A DNA stretch of 57,240 bases, counting the filler, from Sphacelaria rigidula (taxonomy: Eukaryota): NCBI GenBank assembly GCA_964200075.2. It is 5 parts of 5 records of this genome, joined end to end, with 100 filler letters (N's around TTAATTAATTAA, not from the genome) between each part and the next. Parts side by side here need not be neighbours in the genome. Positions count along the whole stretch, not along the records: positions 22,938 to 34,305 come from CAXNAA020005012.1; positions 34,406 to 45,773 come from CAXNAA020005013.1; 3 more parts are not named here. One strand, written 5' to 3'. Under the pieces are notes generated by a model. The model was not told the DNA's origin, made no database searches, and saw nothing but the letters and a program-made list of their open reading frames with translations. This document shows positions 23,264 to 35,361 of this stretch, one piece after another (positions within the stretch are counted from its first letter, which is position 1; every line of letters begins with the position of its first letter). The translations under genes were made by a program, and so were the position numbers.

Positions 23264-26200
23264 GTGAGGACCGTTGTTGACCCAGTTCACACTAGCGACG
23301 CCGTTTTCCCGGACATGAAGAGGGTAGGGCTGTAATGCGTGTAAGGACCGCGTGCTTAGAGGACCGCATCGGAATTTGAACATGCCCATGGTTAGGGTTG
23401 GGGTTATGGTCAGGGGCGTGGTTCCTGCAGGGACTGGGCTGATTGGTTTCGAAAACCATCGATCCTGCGGTGTTTCGAACTACGGCGCGGTCCTCTCACG
23501 CGTTGCAGGGCTGTATATCCTGTGCCCAAACCACGTGACGAGCTAGCTTTTCCCACAGCAGTGATTATCTTCGTGTGCATGGAAGATGTAACACTTCGAG
23601 TGACCCGTAAAAGCTTTCGTCGAATGCACCACAAAGCTGCATTCGCACAATTTGTCAACACTGCGATGGGCACATCCTTTGCCGTTGGATCCTTTTCATC
23701 TAGACGGGTGATTGTTTAGTGATGTGGTCATGTCACTACTGCTGCCTGGTCGTCGTCCCAACCTCTTTCTGCATGCACGCTCGAGCAACGGCAGCTTTCA
23801 AACTTGTTCTGGAAAACTGTATTTCTAATACGCATGTCTTCTCTGTCCTTTGAGCAAACAAGCTTGAATATGTGGTCCGCGTTCAGGTAAGGTGTGGTAT
23901 GCGCACGTATTCCGTGGGATCGGGACGATTCATGCACCACGATCTTGTCCCCAATGAGACGTACACACACCAACAGCGGCAAGGCAGGATCGCGAGCAAG
24001 AGGTACATACGAAGCCTGCTGCGAAAAAGTCGAGCCACGGCATGGGACATGAGTTACGATTCGAAGAGTCACGGCGTTGAGCTCCCCTGAACGTGTCGCT
24101 TGGGCTGTCTCTGATTGGATTGGTGTAGAATGCCGATAAGATGTGCGGAACGCTTCACTCGCTCAGCCTATTTCCCGAATTCGTGTTCGACCTTCGGCTG
24201 CCCGCCACATGTTACAGGCATGTACACCTTTGGCCATGAAGGAGGTCTCTGGACGAACAACATCATGCGGGACAACCACCAGTATGGGTGAGTTCATTGT
24301 GTGTTGATGTTTCGGTTATGCAGTGTGTGCATGCCGTCGTACGTGCTGGAGCCTTGACGGGCAAAGCGGGGCGATCGGACGACGCAATCGTGGGGTTGAC
24401 AGTCGCTGCTGGCTCTTCGGAGTTGGTTTTCACCACCATATGACAGACGATCGTGGTGGACCCAGGATGGTTGTATTATTCACACCCTGGACAGAAGGTT
24501 TCTTTGTCAGAAAGTGTACTGTGTACAGTATGAAATCTTTTGTCTACTGCAAAAGACGCAATAGTCTATAGACTGTACGCAGTACATTTTCTGACAATGC
24601 AATTCTTTGTCCAGAGCGTGATATTATTACGAAGAGGCGCTTTGGTGCTGTGTTGGCGGCCACAGTCTCGGCTCCTGTGCCATGATCATGTCCTCGGCGT
24701 TCACATATCAACATACAGTAGGACGGGAACTCCGTTCGTGCAAGTCAGATATTACCAACGTTGAGGTGCGGACAAACCTACCCTCGCCGAAACCGGCATC
24801 GCGGCTCTCGAGTCACGAGAAAACTCACGAGGCGTGTCGCGCTCACGGGCGTGAATACGAGCACGATATGACAATGTTGTTCGCAGTTATTTTTGTTATT
24901 TCTGGACATAACTCTTGCCACCCGGTGATTTAACATAACTTTTGATATCAAAGTGTGTGGATGAAGTTGTCCGTTTCGGCCATCCAGGCTCCGGCCAGAG
25001 CAATGTCATGCTCATCGCGTTTCGAATGGTGCTTTATCACATGCCACCGAGGAATATGTTGGGGAAATATGGAACATTTCCGATGTAACTGCCTGTGCGC
25101 ACCGGTGACACGGCCAAGCAGTTGAATGTCATATCGCGCAGAATCCCAGAGGAAAGCTTCAGGTAATTTGGGGAAATGCACCTTCACCCAAAACATCTGA
25201 ACTCAGACCACCTGACAATCGCCATGCCAATAACCCGCCGCAATAGGCGACCCCAGGAGTTGTCTTGACGAAAATATATCAATCCAAAATCGGAATTGAA
25301 AATTGATGTGGTGCTATGGTTAGCCCGCTGCTCTGAGCCACGACCAGACTACTTTCGATTTTCCGAACGCCATGGACATCCCGGAACTTGCCTGCAGTCG
25401 TAATTGGAACACTTTAATCGAAAACTCGAACTGAAAAGAAGAGCGTGCATGCTCGTCGATGCGGCTCATACGGTTTCGAGATGTAACTGTGTGTCAAATA
25501 TGATATCAGGGCACGCAGGACCGTGTACAGACACCCACGGAAGAAATAACCCACCATCTCGCGAGTACTCACTCCTCGAGTCAAATACTACGGCCTCGAA
25601 TGTAAGGTTCCCTCTGCTAGATTCACTTCATTGGCTTGAGGTCGCTCTCCATGGGCGCTACGGCGGCAGCCGTGGGCGCCTTGTATTCGACTCCGTCAAG
25701 GAACGTTGTGCACCTGTCTGCACGTCATGCAGTCGAATGTGCTGTGCATAATTACATCGCACCTCGCAATTATAGGCAGAATGCAACCAGCGGAACAACA
25801 CTTGAAAAACTTGTTGGGTATGATACCAGAAGTGTGTGTGACTGTGCTGCACGTTGGATGAATGCATATCTTCGGCCGACCACCGTACACGAAATCTTGA
25901 ATATTGCACGAATATGCGCTGCTGTGGCCTCGTGTCAGTTGAACCGTACTGAGCGCTAAACTGTGGGCGATGACAAAACATTGAGAAATTAGAAGCCCGC
26001 CTCGCTCCGCCTGATATACCACGTCACCAACTGTGGAGAGTTCAACTAGAGTGTCGTGACGCTGGTTGTGCGTGCCTTCATCCCGCATCCATCCCGTCAA
26101 CTCGTGCTCGTCGTCGTAATTGTGCGTTGACGCTGTCTTGTTCCACTTGATTCTGCGCGATGAATCCGGGGAAACCTACCTTGGCTGCAAATCGTGGGAT

Positions 26201-29200
26201 GCCAGATTCGACCCCCACGATGACAGCGACAACTTGGTCATCTCCTACAACAAGGTGTACAACAACGGAAACCATGGTGAGCATTCTAACCATGCACAGC
26301 CGCAATTTCTGCTGTTTTCCGTTCCTCGTCGTTAACGTCCCTCTAGTCCAGTGACTGCTTGTCACTGGAAACGTTCTTGTCCGTCAAATGGTGGAAATGT
26401 AAAGCTTGGGCAAGACGTGGGTGTGGTTGTGGTTCGTCAATTCTCCTGGTGGGCGACGCCCTTGTCCACCGTTCTCACCAACGTCATGTATGAGTAGGCG
26501 CTTGTTCATTTATGAGCCACAGATCCGTGCTTGTATGCATTTCAACGCATTACATGCCGTCAGCCCCAACCGTGTTCAAAATGCCCTGTTCATTTTTGTG
26601 TCTGGGCGACTTCTGCTGCTGCGATTGCTGCGTTGAATGACGATTGCATGCAGGAATAATCGCCTCCAAGCGTTGCAACAACGTCCAGGTCTTCAACAAC
26701 GAGGTGTACAACAACGCAAAAAGCGGTATCTACTTCCACCGTGGCTGCGACAACAGCGCGGCGTTCAGTGAGTTGTTCTCTTCTCGCTTGCTCGTACCGT
26801 GCCACAGTTATGGAACCACCACAGCTAAAGCTGTTCCTCTCACTTCTCCACCAGTTCTCTACACAAAATCGTTTCATGCCCTTGACGTGCATACAAGTGC
26901 GCGAATACGGACGAGTCGGATTTGCACTCTCAAGTTATAGCAACCAGCGTTCAGCCTTCTCTCCCTGTTCTTGAACCAGAGACTTGGTCAGTGGTGTAAG
27001 TAATCTCAAGTGCCCATCACCGTCGTGATCGTTTCACATGTTTAATACTCTTTCTTTTTCAGTCACATTTTTAGCCACTCCCCTTCCTCAGGACGGATCC
27101 ATGGTGCAGTCACAAGGGACCGACCCAAATTTACTCGGTACCTTTACGACTTCAAATATCCTCACGACCCAGACTTCACCCTCGGGATCGACAATTGACG
27201 GTGGATTCTGTATCTATCTCACCTGTCGTGTCGACACCCATCAGTCGAAACGTCGACCGAATGTGATGGCATTGCGTGGACCGCCGTTGTCGCGGTGCTA
27301 GTAGGGTGATCGGGATCATGTGTGGAGGTGCTGGCGGCCGCAGCTGGATTCTCGTCAAGGTTTTGACTCGACGGTGACCCCTGAAAACCTGACATCCTTC
27401 GGCGTGAATGTGGTACGGCCACGCCGGTGTCTGTCGCGTCATGCAATTCGGCAGGCCACTATCATGAGAATATCTACACGGCGTGATCGATGTGTGCGCC
27501 ATTGTCGACTGTGGTTGTAGCCGTGAGAGCTTTCCTGATGTCGCGCCGATGTGTGTTTTCATGGAGGAGGCATAGTCCTAACCCTGACCCCATGAATAAG
27601 CCTAACCTAAACCCATGAAAATATTGCCTAGGCCAGTAGGGGGCATTTGCACGAGTCAAAAGATCTAACTCGTGTTCTCACGTCGCCATTACAACGAACC
27701 TTTTGAACGACTCCATATCGTCAACCCCTGGCCGAATGTTTCAACCTCCCAAGCCTGGTCCGACGAGAACCCGGCGTGCTCCATCCCGGCTTTGTAGGGG
27801 GCGGACCCCCGATGATGTTGGCGTCAGTTGGCGATGACGCTATGAAACACGCCACTCACTGCGTAAGCTAGGCAGCCAGGTTACCAATTGTTTTGCGCGC
27901 TTGCGTTTTCTTGCGGTAAAAATCATGATAGTCGAGGTAGATCATGTTGTGCGGCGTGAGAGAACCTCAACTCCGCACGAAGGGGATGATCGTACTACGC
28001 GATGTTTCAATGGTGAGACACCCTTGAGGCAGTGTATAAGCCGTGGCTGTCTCTGGAAGTGACGATACCAGAAAATGAAGCACCTCATTGTAGGCTGTCA
28101 TCTAAATGCAAGATGATCCGTGCGATTCGGGCCGAACAATCCTAGCAGGATGCAACTTACCCCTCATGCGACTCGCCGAACACACCATGACGCTTCGCGC
28201 TTGGCGATTGAGGGCGAGACTTTTTTTCTCCCCCTCACACTTTGAACCCCTTTCCTTCCTCGGGATGAGTCCATGGTCTCAAGGGATCAACCCATTTCTC
28301 CCCCGGTACGTGCCTTTCACTTTGGTGTCGCGGATTGGGCCAGCACTCCCGCACCGCGTCAACTCACGTAACACAACCCACTTGACTACTTCGTTTACTC
28401 ACGTTCTCACGCTTTCCACGGTGGGAATCATACATTTGATTTTTGATTGATTGTTGCACTTTAACTGACCCCCAGGAGTCCAGCCGTGGTCTCATGATGA
28501 ACGTACCCAACAAAAACGGAACTGAAACACGCTCTAAGGAAAAAAAAGAAGGCATTGCGAAGAAAAAGCCCAACGCATCGGGAATCGAACCCCCGTTCTG
28601 TCCACCCTAATGGCGACAGTTGGACCATTACACCACCGGGGCGCGGTGACTGGTCCGGCAAAATCCTGGCGTGCTCCGTCCCGGCTTCGTGGGGATGCGA
28701 GGTCAATGGTCTGACGACTAACTATAACATGCATGATCATGAGTACACCCCCCCTGAATCAATCTCAATCCTGAATTTGAATTTCATTTTTTCTGTTCGC
28801 GTTTCGTATAGCAAAGTGGCGTCTTCGCTGCCTGGGGCAAGCGTGGAGCCCCTGTGGAAACAGCCGAAGCCGCTCGTATTAGTGTGGTCTGACGACTAAG
28901 GCTGTGCTGTGTTGGTATAGTTGGTGACGTGTTCCCTATCGCGATGCAGAGCACAAACACCTTTGCTTGCGCTGTTGATAGTCAAGCGATGTTCCGTGAC
29001 ACTTTGCATATGCGCCGCTTGTCACGTGATGCTGAAACGTACTCTTCTAGCGGTACAGAAGACGCCGTACAGGGATGATTTACATGAAAGCTGCTGCGAA
29101 GTGTGCACAAGACATATTTTGTTCTATTACTGCAAACGCTGTCGACAGTATGAGCAAGCCCGAACTGACGAAGAGTAGCTGGAGCTATTCAGAATGTCAC

Positions 29201-32006
29201 AAACCGCCCTGAGGACAGGGTTGTGACGATCGATGATCGATGATGGATGATTGCTTGACTCCCTCCCATGTTCTCGACATCCTCCTCCGTCACTGCGTTC
29301 GTATCGATACAACAGGCAACTACGTGCACGACAACGAAGACGCTGGGCTGTCCATCATGGAATCTAGCAACTGCTTGCTCTACGATAACGAGGTTGTCAA
29401 CCACGACACCGGGGTCCGCATCGTGCTCGGGGGCGAATTCAACCAAGTGCGGAATAACGTCTTCGAAAACTGCAGGGATTGTAAGTGTTGTGTTGTTGCC
29501 AGATTGGTGACCCACGTGATTGACCATGCACTCATCTCCTCTAAAAGGGGTGATTTTAACGGGTTTCACTCATGCAAATCGTCCATTGTCCGAAGGAAGT
29601 GGTGCCCTAGTCTACCGTTTCGGGCAATATCTCATGTGACAAAAACATGCACAGTCGGACTGCTTTTACAGTTTCGACGGTAGTCAGCTGCTGTCTGCCG
29701 TCGACTCAATCGCCGGTGTCATGCCACGGATTTTCGCCACTAGCGCTAGTTCGAGCAGATTTTGGGCGTGTCATCCCGCCTCCTTCGTGGCCATCGCTTG
29801 TGTGATGGCACGTGAGGACCGTACTGTTGAAGAAAAAACCGAATCCGAACTTTTTGTGCAGCCCATCGTTTCATGTCTCGGTGCACGTTGGGATTGCCGT
29901 GTAGCTCTTGGTGGCGAGTACTTGTCCTATCGCTATTTTACTTCTCTCTGGCACTTGTCAGATGCCGGCGCCGAAATCGACTCCTAGGCCAACAAGGTGC
30001 GAACCACTGTGATGCTGATCCATCACCTTGGTATACCCACGTACGTCAGAGCTTGTCCACGTTTAGTAATGGGCAGCCATACCTTCCCTCAACCACTTCA
30101 AAGCGACGCTGAGGTCACTTTCGCTTCCCACCATTAAATATAGGTATCTTTCTCGTGGCCTCTTTCCTCACCACCCGACGTTCGTTTTCGCAGACGGTCT
30201 AGTGACTTACGAATCGACAGACGACGTTCCGTGGACGACGGACGGACGTCCTTCAGACAACGAGTTCATCGACAACACTGTGTCCAACACCCCGCTCGGA
30301 ATCAGGTTCAGCGATGGCGACGACAACGTGGTGACCGGTGGGAAACTCTCGACAATATGAGCGATACAAATCCATGACAACGGTCCTGGAACTGCATGCA
30401 GCCCAATTCCACCCGCCCGTTCCCCTCTCCCCCAATTATACAAGATCTGGAGTGAGCGCCTTGCACAGTGATGATCGTCTTGCAAGCTTTTTCTGGTAGG
30501 CTAGGAATATCACGTACAGTTTGAGGAAGTGTCTACATCCCCAAAACTGCTCGATTGGGTGTTACGCGAAGTAAAATCAAATCCATAGACGGAAGAGGGA
30601 CTAAACACGTCATTTCTAGCCAAAAAGAGGTCTAGGCAAAACACAGGCAGCGGCCCTGTCCGTGCCCCTTCCCCGAAATCGATCGACATCCAATCCATGA
30701 GCGAAGGCAAGTCGACCACAGCCTAGGAAGACCATGGGAGGCAGCTTTCACGAGCTTTCGGGCGCGCCTACAGACAAAACAACGCCGCGGGCAACAAGAG
30801 CTGCGCAGTACGCCTCCTTTAGTCCCGGGAACGGGGTGGGACGACCCACCGCCATCTACTATCTTGTTTTCTATACCCTCACATGTGATACTTGGGAAAA
30901 GTATTAACGGTCCGAAACTGTTCGAGAAATGTTCTGGCGAAGACGTGCAACTCTCCGTCCAGAGCAGTCACGCCCGCTTTAGTATTATTTCGCCATACTC
31001 CTTGGAGACTTGACCCGTTGGGTTCCATTGGGGTCTCTGCAACTGTTGCAGAAAAATGCTATGCCATCTCTTGTCGGCCTTCATTATTATTGTTCCATGA
31101 GGTAGCGACCAGCTAGACATCCCGAGGGGGTCTGGTGGATGTGCCGGGGATTTATCCAAGGGATATTTCTCCAAGTTGCGGAAAGATACGGCAGACATGT
31201 TCTAGCTCCTGTGAAATTCTGCCGTGCAGTGGCTTGGAGGGTCAGTTTTGAGGGGCGGAGAGTGGTCACCAGAGGGTCTACTTTGAGTGGAAGATGGAAA
31301 ATAAACCATGGGGCGAGAGGGTATAGAAAACAAAATAGCAGATGGCGGTGGGTCGTCCCACCCCTTTCCCGGGCTAAAGGAGGCCTACTGCGCCGCTCTT
31401 TTTGCCCGTGGCATTGTTTTGTCTGTAGGCGCGCCCGATAGCTCGTGAAAGTCGACTCCCACGCTCTTCCAATGGCCGTGGTCGACTTGCCTTCGCGCAT
31501 GGATTGGATCTCGATCGATTTCGGGGGGGCCCGAGTAGCGCCTGTACCTGTGTTTTGCCTAGACCCCATTTCGGCTGAATAGAGTGTGTTTAGACCCATT
31601 CTTGTCTATGGCTCCAAAACACATGAGATGATGAGGTACTGTCATCGTCATGTACGTCTTCGCAGTTATATTCACACGTCGACTGGAACGTTGACTTGAC
31701 TGCAAAGTAATGAACTGTGGTGCCGATGATGCGATGAGCTGTCGCGACATTACTGCGTTATGACACCATTGGTATGCCCTGCCTCTGAACCCCTTATTCT
31801 TTCGGCGTGCCACCGTACCCCCTCGATTCCGACAACCACATTTCCCTTTTGGGCCAGGCAACACCTTCTCGGACGTCGACAAGCTGAGGTTATACAAGTC
31901 GAAGAATATCGTCTTCCAGGACAACATCTACTCTGATGACGTTTGTGTCGAGGTGTCGGGTTCTTCCTCCTTCAGCAAGGATTCTGAAGTACCCTCTACT
32001 TGTTGA
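23200..32006 (+). CDS. MC5E: Mannuronan C5-epimerase (AlgG-like beta-helix), 5'-partial, 7 exons: 23200-23263, 24218-24287, 26206-26276, 26654-26767, 29316-29480, 30194-30337, 31858-32006
   Basis: All junctions are GT..CAG and phase-compatible (777 nt, 258 aa plus stop). Translation LFDKVNVWGDIKGSEIHHMYYGMYTFGHEGGLWTNNIMRDNHQYGFDPHDDSDNLVISYNKVYNNGNHGIIASKRCNNV... contains the YGFDPHD catalytic motif. Confidence 0.95.
23330..23508. mobile_element. Small TIR element with internal TTAGGG-like tract
   Basis: Ends TGTAATGCGTGTAAGGACCGCG / CGCGGTCCTCTCACGCGTTGCA. Copies at 50999-51208 (inverted) and 52760-52900. Confidence 0.7.
24218..24287 (+). CDS. MC5E: C5-epimerase exon 2 of 7
   Basis: cag|MYTFGHEGGLWTNNIMRDNHQY-G|gtgag. 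Confidence 0.92.
26206..26276 (+). CDS. MC5E: C5-epimerase exon 3 of 7 (DPHD motif)
   Basis: cag|FDPHDDSDNLVISYNKVYNNGNH|gtgag. Confidence 0.95.
26654..26767 (+). CDS. MC5E: C5-epimerase exon 4 of 7
   Basis: cag|IIASKRCNNVQVFNNEVYNNAKSGIYFHRGCDNSAAF|gtgag. Confidence 0.93.
27750..28755. repeat. Unclassified interspersed repeat in the epimerase intron, interrupted by a SINE
   Basis: Homologous to 14895-15110 plus 15889-16130. Confidence 0.75.
28220..28646 (-). mobile_element. tRNA-derived SINE with A-rich tail, containing a nested RTE 3' end (~28436-28553)
   Basis: Minus strand GCGCCCCGGTGGTGTAATGG (A box)...GGTTCGATTCCC (B box). The middle matches the RTE tail at 15765-15888. Confidence 0.75.
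29316..29480 (+). CDS. MC5E: C5-epimerase exon 5 of 7
   Basis: cag|NYVHDNEDAGLSIMESSNCLLYDNEVV...NNVFENCRD|gtaag. Confidence 0.92.
30194..30337 (+). CDS. MC5E: C5-epimerase exon 6 of 7
   Basis: cag|GLVTYESTDDVPWTTDGRPSDNEFIDNTVS...DGDDNVVT|gtggga. Confidence 0.88.
30583..31611. mobile_element. Foldback-like element with ~300-bp inverted arms (30583-30880 and 31317-31611)
   Basis: Arms are reverse complements along their length (e.g. gggtgggacgacccaccgccatct / agatggcggtgggtcgtcccaccc). Termini CCATAGAC / GTCTATGG. Confidence 0.85.
31858..32006 (+). CDS. MC5E: C5-epimerase terminal exon
   Basis: cag|NTFSDVDKLRLYKSKNIVFQDNIYSDDVCVEVSGSSSFSKDSEVPSTC-TGA, in phase with the previous exon. Confidence 0.85.
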
Positions 32007-33213
32007 GCAACATATACTAACTGCCGAGTGTAGTGTTGACCAGCTGACTACGTGACCTAGGTGTGGGCTTGTTGAAGCACTTGAAACACACCGTGCAGAC
32101 CCGGGACTGGAGTCGAGTATGGGACAATTTATGGTTGCACAACCGAGTAGGTACGGTTATACCTGGGCAACTCTCGCTTCTCACCAGTTTCCATGTCCGT
32201 CGTTGTTTTTATTCTCTATGTTTTTTGCGCATGCCCTTTGCACATGCACGACAGAACGACCAAAACCGCTGTATACGTCGTCAATCGGGCGCTGAAGAGA
32301 TGTGAATAATCTCATATATTCATTTATCCATGTACGGCAGAATTCTACATGTTTGTGCAATCTGCCCGTGAGGTTGCCGCTTTGACCTGGACTCTACGGC
32401 AGAAGCACGTTACGGTTCTTCTCGAGGTATAGTTCGAGCGTCAAAACCACTCGATAGGTGTACATGGCTGTCATTGCGTAATCTGTTTTTGACCTTGAAC
32501 AATCATTGCGTCAATGGGGGCGGGTACATCTCCAGACTTACTGGCGGAGTATGTCATCAAGTTTTCTTTCATTATTTTCGAGGAAATAGTAGCATGTGTC
32601 GAACGCTTTGAGAGAGAGTTTGCAATGAGAACACGTGACGTTCAGTTCTTGCACGCTTTGTTGGGTAGATTGGTGAGGAGGGATAGAGCTGGCGAGACCC
32701 GCCGTAGGCTGCGGACTAGCCGGTGCTGATGTAGTCGTCACGAAACGGAACCGGCACGATCGCAAATGTCATTACCGCACATACGCATATTGTAAAAGAC
32801 GTGTTGGTAATTTGCCGTTGTAGCAGTAAGAAGTGGTGCATAGTGGTCAGTGCTGCGGAAGCAGTGGATACGTGTAGTGCTCGCTGTACTGTTGCGGTTA
32901 TACCTGATATGTACATTAGCATATACTTGCATGAGGACATAGCTTAGCCACTGTTCGAAAGAGGGTGTTCGTTGGCGGGGGGGTACGTGCGTCTAGGTTG
33001 TGTGGATAGGAACGTAAGGCTTTTCACGTCCTGGACTGAGCCTGAGTACAAAGTACTTGTAAAATGGTCAACATCCTTGGGGTAGTTTATGGTCAACGGA
33101 AGGGGTCAGCAGAAGTTTCTCCTGGTTTGACTTCCCGCTCGAGGACTCTCTCTTGAAATTGTACAATCAGTCTGAACAATTTTCATCGCTTGGTTATCTT
33201 CAATAAATACAAA

Positions 33214-34001
33214 CTAGTGGTGAGCCACGGCTGACGCGCGTGGCGGCAGTGCCGAACGTATCAGCGCAGCGGGTCCTGCACGGGTGGTAGTTTGTACGTA
33301 ACGGCGAAAAACAAAAAATGGAGCCTGACATCAACCGTAATTGATGGAGATGAGCAGATGAGGACTTCCAACCGCACGGCCAACCGTAATCGCTATGAAG
33401 AGGGGAGGAAGCGTCACCGTCAGGGAGGCCAATAATAGGGTGGAGGGGTGGGGGGTTGTTAGACCCCGAAAAGTGTCCGAGCTTTTCGACGATATTTCAC
33501 CGACAATAGGCCACTATTATTCGTTTTCTTGGATACACTTGACTAAAAAACATGCGTCCTCAAGATGAAGAAATCGTGAGTTCTAGCGACGTTCTCTACA
33601 CTCGGACGCTGCGTACACCTACATGCCGCTGACACATGAGGGGCTTGGACTTTTTTCCACGTGCTTCCCAAGCTCGCCCTCGAAATCTGCGAAGATGAGT
33701 GGATTTCAGCGTTTTTACTGAGCGCGGGATGTGCTCTGAAAAGGCGACGGCCCGATGCACTCAGATCGTGGCACAGATCGCGGAAAAGAGCGCTGCGATC
33801 GCACACGTCGCGGAAATGGACTGGGGTGTTGAACTCGGCCCCTCGAAGTAGTGCCCCGACCAACCCGCCGTCCTCAAAGAAAGCAATTGAGAAAAAAGTG
33901 GACATTGGCTTCCGCCGGGTCGTCAGGTTCATCGACCCGGAAGTTACCCGTGACAGTTGCGCTCGGACAAGATAGGCACCATCTTATGAGCTATATAAAG
34001 C
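33214..34001 (-). mobile_element. Non-autonomous Helitron-like element
   Basis: Minus-strand 3' end GCCACG-cgcgtcagc-CGTGGC hairpin, 6 nt spacer, CTAG then T. The 5' end is only tentative (ctttatatag near 34000). Confidence 0.6.
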
Positions 34002-34305
34002 CGGGCCATCAGTTTTAAAATGCGTGGCTTAATCAGGCTTTAGTGCCGCATACGCGCATAGAGTTCAACTTCATTCCTTTTGTTTTAGTTCAAGCAGGAG
34101 GCAGCGTAAAAACAAAATCTGGACATTTAGGCCCCAAGATCGAAAAAATGAGTTGTTGAGGGAGGGAGGGGGAGGGGGGGGCACCCAGCCGTCTGTCCCC
34201 TGGTTTATTGCCGAAGCCTTGGCGGATGCGGTCAGCTGCCAACAGTGTTTTCGTGAGATTGAGAGTAGATGATACGATTGAGAGTGTAAAGCGGTCAATC
34301 AGTGA

Positions 34306-34405
34306 NNNNNNNNNNNNNNNNNNNNNNNNNNNNNNNNNNNNNNNNNNNNTTAATTAATTAANNNNNNNNNNNNNNNNNNNNNNNNNNNNNNNNNNNNNNN
34401 NNNNN
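34306..34405. other. Artificial 100-bp linker
   Basis: N run with TTAATTAATTAA. Confidence 0.98.
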
Positions 34406-34479
34406 ATCAAATCGGACACCGTTAAGGGCTCGTAAAAACATAACGGACTTTACTTATGGGACAGAGGAAGTATACATTC

Positions 34480-35135
34480 AAGTCTAGTGGAGAAAGGTAC
34501 CGCTGAGTTACACGGTATAACTCAGCCAGTGGGGAAAGGTTGCGCTGAGTTATATGGCATAACCCAGCCCGTGGCAATAGGAAACACTGCGTTATACCGT
34601 GTATAAAAGCCAGTGAGAAGGTAACGCTTAGATATAGCGTATACCTCAGCCAAGGAGAAAAATGTGACATTGGCGTATGCCGTATACCTCAGCCCGTGAG
34701 AAAATGTACAGCTACACTGTACCGTACTGTATAACAAAGTCAGTGGGAAATGGTATCGCTGGGTTATGTCCTGCCCTCATCTAGTGGAGGGGGGCACAAT
34801 TGACTCATGCCGTATAAATCAACCGATGAGAAAAGGCGCCGCTGAGTTATACCGTTTAGTTCAGCTTGTGAAAAAATACCGCTGAGTTACATGATAAAAA
34901 TCATCCAGTGGTAACTGGTACAGCTGGGGGATACGGCATATCTCACCAAGAAATAAAAGGCGCTACTGAGGTATACCGTATAGCTCATTTACTGAGAAAA
35001 TGTACCGCTGAGTTATGGCGCATACCTCACCCAGTGGAGAAGGGAATACCGCTGAGTTACACGGTAAACCCCAGTGCCGAGTCATACGAAATGAGTTAGC
35101 TCGAGTGAAGGTGAGTTGAGTTGTCCGACGTCCGA
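34480..35135. repeat. ~15-unit, ~42-bp palindromic minisatellite ending in a TIR-like sequence
   Basis: By-eye consensus CCAGTGGGAAAAGGTACCG-CTGAGTTATAC-C-GTATAACTCAG. Right end GAGTTGAGTTGTCCGACGT. Confidence 0.88.
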
Positions 35136-35361
35136 ATCCTTGTTCAAAGTGTTCCTCGGTGACCCCCGGACGAACACCGCGGACCCTGTCTGGAAAACAC
35201 GAGTACTACTGGCTGATCAGGCCACTCCTGCTACTGCTACCGCTACCGCTGTTACCCGTTGATGAGGTCTATGTCATCCTGTGAACTGCTGATTTGATCT
35301 GTTGTTGCACCCGATGGAGCCTATGGCGGACGTCACACTACACAATCGTGAGTTGTGTGCC

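Noticed and set aside
4003..32006. Functional cluster linking the bromodomain gene, pogo transposase and epimerase
   Set aside because: They lie on different scaffolds separated by artificial linkers
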